From assembly GCA_963839305.1 (NCBI GenBank), contig CAWIUL010000011.1:2249561-2313560 (forward strand): a stretch of 64,000 bases of DNA, in the 5' to 3' direction. Below the pieces are notes generated by a model. That model ran no database searches. It worked only from the letters and a program-made list of their open reading frames with translations, and was not told the DNA's origin. This DNA comes from an uncultured delta proteobacterium. Its GTDB lineage: Bacteria; Myxococcota_A; Polyangia; Polyangiales; Polyangiaceae. This document shows, in pieces, positions 31,300 through 38,909 of the stretch. How positions within the stretch are numbered: the first letter of the stretch is position 1; each line of letters begins with the position of its first letter. Position numbers and translations under genes: made by a program.

Positions 31300-32561
31300 A
31301 GCGGCTCGTCGCGTTGGCCCTCGCGCTCGTCGCGCCCGCCGCGCACGCCGCGGAGATCCGCGCGATCTCGTTCGACGACGCGGTGAGGCTCGCGCGCGAG
31401 AACAACCCGAATTCGCAGAAGGCGAACGTCGAGGTGCGGCGCCTCCAGGCCGTCGTCGAGGAGACGCGCGCGGCCTCGCTCCCGACCCTCTCGTTCGGCG
31501 CGCAGTACACGCTGCTCGACGCGAACCGAACCCTCCCCGCGCCGTCGACGACGATCATCTCCGCGCAGAACCAGATCTTCGGAAACCTGCTCTTGAACGT
31601 TCCGATCGTGTCGGCGTCGAACTGGGCGCGGTGGTCGCACGCGGCGGAGAACGTCGACGTGCAGCGGCTCTCGGTGGCGGACACGAACCGCCAGGTGATC
31701 GTCGCGGCCGCGCACGCGTACCTCACCGTGTTCTCGCTCAAGCGCCTGCTCGAGGTCTCCATCACCGCGCGTGACAACGCCAAAGCGCACTACGACTACG
31801 CGCACACGCGCGTCACGGGGGGCGTCGGCAACAAGCTCGACGAGGCGCGCGCGATGAGCCAGCTCGGCTCGTCGGAGGTGCAGGTGCAGGCCGCGATCAT
31901 CGCGCGCGACCGGGCGCGCGAGGCGCTCGGCGTCCTCGTCGGCGTGAACGAGCCGCTCGACGTCAAAGAGGAGCCGCAGCTCGCGGAGCAGATGACGCTC
32001 CCCACGGCGCTCCGCGACGCGGACAGCCAGCGCGCCGACGTGCGCCTCGCGCGCGGACAGCTCACCGCCGCGCGGCACGTCGAGCGCGACAGCTGGACGG
32101 ACTACATGCCGCTCCTCGGCCTCGCGTTCGAGCCCTTCTACCAAAACCCTGCGTCGCTCACGTTCCCGACCACGGGCTGGCAGCTCCAGGCGCTCTTCAC
32201 GTTCCCGATTTACGACGGCGGCTTCCGCTACGGCACGCGCAAGGAGCGCACCGCGATCGTCGACGAGACGCGCATCGGCGTCGACGCGACGCTCCGGCAA
32301 GCGAGCTCCGAGGTGCGCGTCGCGTACTCCGAGGTGCGCACCGCGGAGGACGCCGTGAAGGCCGCGCACGAGGCCGAGTCCGCCGCGAACCACGCGCTCG
32401 AGCTCGCGACGCTCGCCTACCAAGCGGGCGCCATCACGAACCTCGACGTCATCGACGCCGAGCGCCAGGCGCGCGACGCCGCCACGCAAGCGACGATCGC
32501 CGAGGACACCTCGCGCCAGGCGCGGCTCGATCTCCTCGCGGCGACCGGCAAGTTTCCCTGA
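31296..32561 (+). CDS. TolC-family outer membrane efflux protein
   Basis: ATGA overlap with the RND gene. Signal peptide MKRLVALALALVAPAAHA. Two-repeat coiled-coil architecture. Confidence 0.85.
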   Translation: MKRLVALALALVAPAAHAAEIRAISFDDAVRLARENNPNSQKANVEVRRLQAVVEETRAASLPTLSFGAQYTLLDANRTLPAPSTTIISAQNQIFGNLLLNVPIVSASNWARWSHAAENVDVQRLSVADTNRQVIVAAAHAYLTVFSLKRLLEVSITARDNAKAHYDYAHTRVTGGVGNKLDEARAMSQLGSSEVQVQAAIIARDRAREALGVLVGVNEPLDVKEEPQLAEQMTLPTALRDADSQRADVRLARGQLTAARHVERDSWTDYMPLLGLAFEPFYQNPASLTFPTTGWQLQALFTFPIYDGGFRYGTRKERTAIVDETRIGVDATLRQASSEVRVAYSEVRTAEDAVKAAHEAESAANHALELATLAYQAGAITNLDVIDAERQARDAATQATIAEDTSRQARLDLLAATGKFP

Positions 32562-32662
32562 CACCGCGATCACGCGATCGGCCGCGGCACGATCTGACAC
32601 GCGCGGATCTCGCGTAAATCAGCCTATTTCGTGGTGGCGCGCGTCGTGCATTGGCCCGAGGC

Positions 32663-33682
32663 ATGCACGCTCATGGTCTCTCGGTCCTCCTTCGCCGCGC
32701 GATGATCGCGGCCCTCGCCACGCCGGCGCTCGCGTGCGGCGGCACCATCGACAACGGCGACGCGGGCGGCTCCGACGCCGGCTCGGACACGAGCATCGAC
32801 ACGGGCCTGCCCGGGTGCAACGCGCAGGTCATCGACCCCGGCACGGGGCCGTGCAGCAACAAGACCGTGCAGCTCTCGGGCGACATCTCGAAGTGCGCGC
32901 TCGATGGCGACGCCGGATACGTGCCGACCTCGTCGTGCCAGGCGCTCTGCGGCGGCACGCAGTGGGGCTTCTGCACGTTCGACTCGAGCACCGACGTGCT
33001 CACGTGCCAGGGGATGTGCACCGGGCGCCTGCCCGCGAATTTGTTGAACGCACCGACGGAGGAGACGCACGGCTCGGTGGGGGACTACCTCGCGCGCGCG
33101 GCGTACCTCGAGGCCGCAGCAGTGAGCGCGTTTTCAATCCTGGCCGCGGAGCTTCGTGCGCACGGCGCGCCGAGGTCGCTGACGCGGTCGGCGCATCGCG
33201 CTCGGGCCGACGAGGTACGTCACGCGCGCGAGGTCGGAGCGCTCGCGCGCGCGTTCGGCGGCGTCCCGCAGAAGCCCGAGGTGGGCACGGCGCGCGTTCG
33301 TCCCATCGTCGAGATCGCGATCGAAAACGCGGTCGAGGGGTGCGTGCGCGAGACGTTCGGCGCGCTCGTCGCGCAGTGGCAAGGCGAGCACGCGCGCGAC
33401 TTCCGCGTGCGCGCGACGATGAAGCGCATCGCGCGCGACGAGGTTCGACACGCCGCGCTCGGCTGGCGCGTCTTCGAGTGGGCGATGGCGCGGATCACGT
33501 CCGAAGAGCGCGCGCGCGTCGAGGCGGCGATGCTGCGTGCCATCGACGAGCTAGAGGCGTCTTCACACGTCGAGCCCGATCGCGCGCTCGCGCGGACGCT
33601 CGGCCTGCCGAACGCAGCTCAGGCGAGCGCGCTCGTCGCCGCGATGCGCGGCGAGGTGTGGACCTCCGAATTTGCCGCTTGA
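32663..33682 (+). CDS. lipoprotein with Cys-rich N-terminal region and ferritin-like C-terminal domain
   Basis: Lipobox PALAC. N-terminal Cys-rich stretch. C-terminal repeats ..EAAAVSAFSILAAEL.. and ..DEVRHAAL.. (ferritin-like EXXH pairs). Confidence 0.55.
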   Translation: MHAHGLSVLLRRAMIAALATPALACGGTIDNGDAGGSDAGSDTSIDTGLPGCNAQVIDPGTGPCSNKTVQLSGDISKCALDGDAGYVPTSSCQALCGGTQWGFCTFDSSTDVLTCQGMCTGRLPANLLNAPTEETHGSVGDYLARAAYLEAAAVSAFSILAAELRAHGAPRSLTRSAHRARADEVRHAREVGALARAFGGVPQKPEVGTARVRPIVEIAIENAVEGCVRETFGALVAQWQGEHARDFRVRATMKRIARDEVRHAALGWRVFEWAMARITSEERARVEAAMLRAIDELEASSHVEPDRALARTLGLPNAAQASALVAAMRGEVWTSEFAA

Positions 33683-33700
33683 GCGCTATCATCGCGCTCG

Positions 33701-34618
33701 ATGCACAAGCTCGGGCTAGCGCTCTTGTTGGTCGTGGGGTGCGGCGGCGGGACGGCGCAAAACGCTCCGCCGACGGTCGCCGTGCCCGTCCCCGATGGTC
33801 ACGTCCGCATCGTCGTCGGCGGTGACTCGCGTGACGACAGCGCGCACGTGCTCCCGTGGGCGTTTCGCGAAGCGAAGGCGCGCGGCGCGAGCGCGTTCCT
33901 CTTCCTCGGCGACATGGAGCTCACGCCCTCGTTCGACGCGCACTTCCGAAACGAGCTCGACGGCCTCGGCACGGTCTCGTTCTATCCCGTGCTCGGCAAC
34001 CACGAGGTGAAGCTCATCGGGTTCTTCAACCTCGGCGCCGAGGCCGCGCACAGGAGCTTCCGCGCGCACTTCCTCGAGAACGCGCGGACGCCCGTGCGGA
34101 GCACGCTCCGAGGCAAGATCGCGTACTCCGTGAACCTCCCCGGCCACGTCCATTTCGTCGCGCTCGACAACGTGAGCCAGGCCGGCTTCGGCGACGACCA
34201 GCTCGCGTGGCTCAAACGCGATCTCGACGAGGCGCGCTTCGACGCGAACGTGCGCCACATCTTCGTCGGCATGCACAAACCGCTCGCGCACAACGGCGTC
34301 TCGACGCACGGCATGGACGAAGACGGCGCGCGCGGCGAGAAGGACTCCGCCGCCGCGCTCGCGATGTTCCAAGAGGCGCACGTCGAGCTGATCCTCGCGA
34401 GCCACGTCCACCAGTTCATCCGCTTCTACCAAGGCGGCATCCGCAGCTACATCACCGGCGGCCTCGGCGCGCCGCTCAACAAGGCAACGCTCGATCACGC
34501 GTTCCACCACTTCCTCGTCGTCGACGTCGCGGGCGACGCGGTCGACGTGAACCTCGTGCGCTTCGATGGAACCCCGAGCGTGGAGCCGGACAACGTCGTG
34601 GAAGATCCGGGGGATTGA
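33701..34618 (+). CDS. metallophosphoesterase (calcineurin-like) lipoprotein
   Basis: Lipobox LLLVVGCGG. Motifs GDSRDD, FLGDMEL, GNHE, ..HVH. Confidence 0.8.
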   Translation: MHKLGLALLLVVGCGGGTAQNAPPTVAVPVPDGHVRIVVGGDSRDDSAHVLPWAFREAKARGASAFLFLGDMELTPSFDAHFRNELDGLGTVSFYPVLGNHEVKLIGFFNLGAEAAHRSFRAHFLENARTPVRSTLRGKIAYSVNLPGHVHFVALDNVSQAGFGDDQLAWLKRDLDEARFDANVRHIFVGMHKPLAHNGVSTHGMDEDGARGEKDSAAALAMFQEAHVELILASHVHQFIRFYQGGIRSYITGGLGAPLNKATLDHAFHHFLVVDVAGDAVDVNLVRFDGTPSVEPDNVVEDPGD

Positions 34619-34638
34619 TTTTTTTGTGCCCCCTCCCA

Positions 34639-34674
34639 GCCGTGCTCGGGCTCGTGCTCGGCCGTGCTCGCCGC
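34639..34674. repeat. left copy of 35-bp inverted repeat (gccgtgctcgggctcgtgctcggccgtgctcgccg)
   Basis: Reverse complement of 35893..35927 with one mismatch. Confidence 0.8.
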
Positions 34675-34972
34675 CAGTGCGCGGCGCTACACCACACTTC
34701 GGCTGCGCGCGGCTCTGCGCGCGAGCCCTGCGCGCGGCTGCCTCCCCCACGGCGTCGCTCCGCGCCGCCGGGGGAGGTGGGTACGGGAGGGATTGGGCCA
34801 CGACCTTGTAGCGATTCGTGATCGTGATCGGTGTCGAGTCCTGCTTCGCTCACGAGGACGAGCACGAATCCGCGAAGTCACAGCGTGAATCGGTAACCCA
34901 ACTCCACGCCTACGACGGGGCGCTTCGCTTCCGCGCGGGTATGCCAAGCTGAAAGATCAAATTCTCGTGCTC

Positions 34973-34992
34973 GATTCTCGTGCTCGTGCCTC
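34973..34992. repeat. direct repeat ctcgtgctcgtgcctcgtgc (copy 1), immediately 3' of gene 35001..35885
   Basis: Identical 20-mer also at 35862..35881. Confidence 0.8.
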
Positions 34993-35000
34993 GTGCTCGC

Positions 35001-35885
35001 CTACTGCCAATCGATCGTCGCGTTGTCGTATCGGATGCTCCACGCGCCCGTCGTCGGGTGGCCCGTGTAACCCGTCCCCACGCTGACGCGCACGGGGCCG
35101 GGCGCGTAGAGGTTCGATTCCAACGGTTGCTGCGCGGCGGGCTGGCCGTCGAGGGTGACCGTCAGCATGTGCGTCGAGCTCGCGAGATCGACGTCGACCT
35201 CCACGCGCGTCCACGCGTCGAAGCGTGACGTGCCAGAGAGCGGGACATCGTGCGAGGGAACGCCGCCGTCGGCGAGGTACGCCTCGCTCGTGATCGTGCT
35301 CGCCCCCGCGGTGTTGTAGACGCGCAGGTAGAAACCGAACTCGAGCCCGGGCGTGAAGAAATGGATGTAGTTGATCTCGGCGTAGCCGACGGCCGTGTCG
35401 CGCGCGTCGATGCGCATGTCGTACGCCGCGTGGACCTTGCTCTTCGTCGTGGTCGCCTCGAGGTAGACGGTGGCCTGAACGGACGACGACGAAGCGGGCG
35501 ACAGCGCGAGCAGCGCGTTGGGCGACGAACGAAACGCGCTCGTGTCGCGGCTCACGGATCCGCCGTTGCTCGTGAGCGTGTTCGTCCAGCGCGAGAAGAA
35601 ACCTTGATCGTCGAAGTCGTCGCAAAACATCGGCGCGGGCACGAGCGAATCGCACCACCGCCCGCCATCCGCGGCGTCCGCGGCGTCCGCCGCCGGCGCA
35701 TCCAAAACGGTTGGCGCATCCGAAGCGTCCGCAACCGAGCCGTCCGCGGTGCTCGCCCGAGAGCCCATCGAGCGACGGAAAGAGCCCGCACCGAACCACG
35801 ACGAGCGTCGCGAAGAGAAGCGATGCGCGGACGACCCTCGCCATGCCCCGATGCTACCCCAGCCTCGTGCTCGTGCCTCGTGCAC
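35001..35885 (-). CDS. hypothetical secreted protein (possible frameshift near 35760-35790 separating a signal peptide in another frame)
   Basis: Frame A encodes a beta-rich domain: ..WCDSLVPAPMFCDDFDD...YLRVYNTAG...WSIRYDNATIDWQ. Frame B (ORF 34957..35844) starts MARVVRASLLFATLVVVRCGLFPS, which is signal-peptide-like. Repeats bracket the gene at both ends. Confidence 0.45.
   Translation of the reverse strand: MHEARARGWGSIGAWRGSSAHRFSSRRSSWFGAGSFRRSMGSRASTADGSVADASDAPTVLDAPAADAADAADGGRWCDSLVPAPMFCDDFDDQGFFSRWTNTLTSNGGSVSRDTSAFRSSPNALLALSPASSSSVQATVYLEATTTKSKVHAAYDMRIDARDTAVGYAEINYIHFFTPGLEFGFYLRVYNTAGASTITSEAYLADGGVPSHDVPLSGTSRFDAWTRVEVDVDLASSTHMLTVTLDGQPAAQQPLESNLYAPGPVRVSVGTGYTGHPTTGAWSIRYDNATIDWQ
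35862..35881. repeat. direct repeat ctcgtgctcgtgcctcgtgc (copy 2) overlapping the first codons of gene 35001..35885
   Basis: Identical to 34973..34992. Confidence 0.8.
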
Positions 35886-35892
35886 TCAGTTG

Positions 35893-35927
35893 CCGGCGAG
35901 CACGGCCGAGCACCAGCCCGAGCACGG
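35893..35927. repeat. right copy of 35-bp inverted repeat
   Basis: gagcacggccgagcaccagcccgagcacggc is the reverse complement of 34639..34674, with 34/35 identical. Confidence 0.8.
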
Positions 35928-35936
35928 CCAAATGAC

Positions 35937-36770
35937 TTATTTCGCGCAGCGAATCCCGACCACCACGCTGCGATCGGTGATCAGGTTCCCGTTGCGCGTC
36001 GCGACCGCGGCGGTCTTCTCGGTGTACCAGCCGGCGCCGCGGTACATGCGGTACGTGCTCGGGCACTGGTGCTGCGGGTACGTGCAGTACGGGCTCGAGG
36101 TCCACTCGTAGACGTTGCCGGCGATGTCGAGGATCCCGAACGGCGACGCGCCGCGTGGATACGAGCCGACGGGCGACGTCTCGGGGTACCCGTCGCTCCC
36201 GGGGTACATCGCGTGCTTCACCTCGGGCGTCGGGAGCGACGCGGCGTACGAGACGCACTCGTCTCCGCACGCGTTGAGCAGGTGCGCGTTCGGCGGCTGG
36301 TTTCCCCACGGATACTTGCGCCCGTCGCTGCCGCGCGCGGCGTACTCCCACTCGGGCTCGGTCGGCAGGCGCGCGCCGATGTAGTTGCAGTACGTCATCG
36401 CCTGGTTCCAATCGACGCAGTTGATCGGGTGGTTCGCGCGGTTGACGTGCTGCGAGTTGCACTGCGACTCGGTGCCCGTGGGCGTGCAGCTTCCGGCGTT
36501 GATGCACGCCTCGTACTCCGCGACCGTGACCTCGAGGCGCTGCATGCAGAAGCCGGGGAGCGTGAGCGCGTGCTGCGGGTGCTCGTCGGCGTCTCCGTCG
36601 CCGAAGGGCGAGCCCATCATGAACGTGCCCGATGGGACGCGCACGAAGCCGGGCGGGCAGCTCGACGCGATGATGCCGTCGGCGTGGGCCTCGGGCGCGT
36701 GGCCGCGAAGCGCGACCGAGCCAGCGATGATTCCGATCCCCACAGCGAAGAGTTTTCTAGCCCGCGGCAT
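35937..36770 (-). CDS. formylglycine-generating enzyme (FGE/SUMF1)-family protein with signal peptide
   Basis: ..MGSPFGDGDADEHPQH..., EWEYAARG, GNVYEWT, RGGSW-like ..RGAGWY... Confidence 0.8.
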   Translation of the reverse strand: MPRARKLFAVGIGIIAGSVALRGHAPEAHADGIIASSCPPGFVRVPSGTFMMGSPFGDGDADEHPQHALTLPGFCMQRLEVTVAEYEACINAGSCTPTGTESQCNSQHVNRANHPINCVDWNQAMTYCNYIGARLPTEPEWEYAARGSDGRKYPWGNQPPNAHLLNACGDECVSYAASLPTPEVKHAMYPGSDGYPETSPVGSYPRGASPFGILDIAGNVYEWTSSPYCTYPQHQCPSTYRMYRGAGWYTEKTAAVATRNGNLITDRSVVVGIRCAK

Positions 36771-36831
36771 GAGGCCAAAACTATCGAACGACATCGCGGA
36801 CGGCTACGTAATCTTGGGCGCGGACCTTCCC

Positions 36832-38874
36832 TTATTTCAGATTGACCCCGTAGATCGTCGCGTCGCTCTGGCGCAGCTCGACGAAGTGGTTCGCGGGGAC
36901 GTTCGTCCACACGTCCTTCGAGAGCGCCTGGTTCGGCCAGCGCACCTCGATCTTGTCGACCGCGCCGCACGCGCCGAGGCCGAAGAAGAGCACGCCCGGG
37001 TCATCGCTCTCCGAGCCGATTCCGTGCTGCGCGATCATCTGCTGCGTCTGCGTGACGCCGTTCACCGTCACCGAGACCGTCGCGCCGAGGCCGAGCTTGT
37101 TCGTCGCGCCGTCCTGCGAGGCGAGTCGCACCTCGAGCCAGTGGCCGTTCTGCGACGCGTTGTTCGTGAAGATGTGGACCTCGGGGACCTTGTAGCCCGC
37201 GAAGCCCGGGTCCTTGTCTGCGATCGGCTTCCACCCCGTCGCGCAGTCGCGGAACAAGCTGCCGCGCACGATGACGTCGAGGTCGCCGTCGCGATCGTAG
37301 TCGGCGACCGCGAGACCATCCATGCACGGGAAGATCAAACCCCACTGCTGCGCGAGATCCTGGAACGTGCCATCCGTCTGCTGGATGAAGAGGTGACCGT
37401 ACTGGTACGCGTAGTCGCTCCCGCCGTTGAGCACGTCGACGCGGCCGTCGTTGTCCATGTCGACGAGCGACGTCTGCTGGATGCCTTCGTTCCACCCCTG
37501 CGGATCGAGGTGCGGATAGACGATGCCGCTGGTCTGGCTGTCGACGCGCTGGAGCGTGATGTCGCCGCCCGGCGTCGTCTTGTTGAGGAGGATCTGCGGC
37601 GGGTCCGTGGCGTTGCCCGCCCACCAGTGGCGGATGGTGCCCTGGAAGACGTCCGGCTTGCCGTCGCCGTCGATGTCGCGGCACGCGGCGGAGAAGTTAT
37701 TTCCGTTCGCGAGCGCCGGCGCGTCGCTGTAGCCGACGAACCACTGGCTGTCGGCGGGCGCCGGGCACATCACCGCGGGCTTCCCCGCGCCCGCGCAGTA
37801 CGCGTCCGCCGAGTGGAGGGTGCAGTAACAGAGGTAGTATTGGTTGTCTTTGTAGTCGACGATGGTGTCGCCGTCGAAGCCGCCGGGCTGGGGCGTGCGC
37901 GTGAAGCTCCCGGTGCCGTCGTTCTTGTAGAGGAGGTTCGACTGCCCGCCGTACGAGCTCACGAGGAGCTCGGGGTAACCGTCGCCGTCGAGATCGCACG
38001 CGGTCGCGCCGAACGACGGGCGCGAGCTCGTCCCGGCGAGGAGGCTCGCGTTCGTGCCCGTGTTGACCATCTGGAGGCCCGCGGCCTGCGTGATCGACGC
38101 GAACGTGCCGTCGCCGTTTCCGTGAAAGAGCTGCTGCTGCGAGCCGATCGCCGACGTGTTCGTATTTTTGTACCAATACGTGAGGAGCAGATCGAGCGAG
38201 CCGTCGTTGTCGATGTCCGTGTAGACCGCTTGATAACCGGACGACTCGAGGATGCCGCTCGGGTCCGACTGCGGCGCGAACGTGAAGTGGCCGTGGCCGT
38301 CGTTGAGCATGACCTCGTTGCGATCGAGGTTGAACGACGAGGTCTTGTCGGTGTTGTTCGGGTCGGGGTTGATGCCCGTGTAGACGTCGATGTTGCCGTC
38401 GCCGTTGACGTCCGCGAACGACGCGAGCGCCGCCATGCGGTACTCGGTCGTCGAGCCGTCGCGCGTCTGGAAGATGCCGCTCTCCTGGGTCGCGTCGACG
38501 AACGTGCGACCGCCGCCCGGCGCGGGTCGGTTCATGAGCACGAGCACGTCGGGCGACGTGCTGCCGACGGTGCCGCGCTTGTTCTGCGCGCCCGAGAGGA
38601 GCACGACGTCGGGGTAGCCGTCGTGATCGAGGTCGACCGAGTAGAAACCTCCGAGCGCGACGTTCGTGAGGCCGAACGCGGCGGTCGCGTCGGTGAACTG
38701 CGAGGGCGCGCTCGCGTGCGAGTCGCACGTGCCCGCCGTGACGGGCGCGAGCACCGTCAGCGTGTAGTTGCCTTCGTCGACGACGGTGCCCGGCGTGGGG
38801 CCGACCGGCGGCGGAGGCGCGCTGCTGCAACCAAGGGCAAGGATCGAAGCGAGGGCGGTGCGGCTGACGTGCAT
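36832..38874 (-). CDS. FG-GAP repeat / ASPIC-UnbV (CRTAC1-like) lipoprotein
   Basis: Lipobox ILALGC. Repeated DxDGDG / DxDxDG Ca-binding FG-GAP loops (DLDHDGYPD, DVNGDGNID, DIDNDGSLD, DLDGDGYPE, DIDGDGKPD, DMDNDGRVD, DYDRDGDLD). C-terminal UnbV_ASPIC-like region. Confidence 0.8.
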   Translation of the reverse strand: MHVSRTALASILALGCSSAPPPPVGPTPGTVVDEGNYTLTVLAPVTAGTCDSHASAPSQFTDATAAFGLTNVALGGFYSVDLDHDGYPDVVLLSGAQNKRGTVGSTSPDVLVLMNRPAPGGGRTFVDATQESGIFQTRDGSTTEYRMAALASFADVNGDGNIDVYTGINPDPNNTDKTSSFNLDRNEVMLNDGHGHFTFAPQSDPSGILESSGYQAVYTDIDNDGSLDLLLTYWYKNTNTSAIGSQQQLFHGNGDGTFASITQAAGLQMVNTGTNASLLAGTSSRPSFGATACDLDGDGYPELLVSSYGGQSNLLYKNDGTGSFTRTPQPGGFDGDTIVDYKDNQYYLCYCTLHSADAYCAGAGKPAVMCPAPADSQWFVGYSDAPALANGNNFSAACRDIDGDGKPDVFQGTIRHWWAGNATDPPQILLNKTTPGGDITLQRVDSQTSGIVYPHLDPQGWNEGIQQTSLVDMDNDGRVDVLNGGSDYAYQYGHLFIQQTDGTFQDLAQQWGLIFPCMDGLAVADYDRDGDLDVIVRGSLFRDCATGWKPIADKDPGFAGYKVPEVHIFTNNASQNGHWLEVRLASQDGATNKLGLGATVSVTVNGVTQTQQMIAQHGIGSESDDPGVLFFGLGACGAVDKIEVRWPNQALSKDVWTNVPANHFVELRQSDATIYGVNLK

Positions 38875-38909
38875 GATTCTATGTATTCCGAGGTCGGCGC
38901 CGAGGGTCG

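Noticed and set aside
34616-34630. T7 run right after the metallophosphoesterase stop as an intrinsic terminator
   Set aside because: There is no convincing GC stem immediately preceding the T-run.
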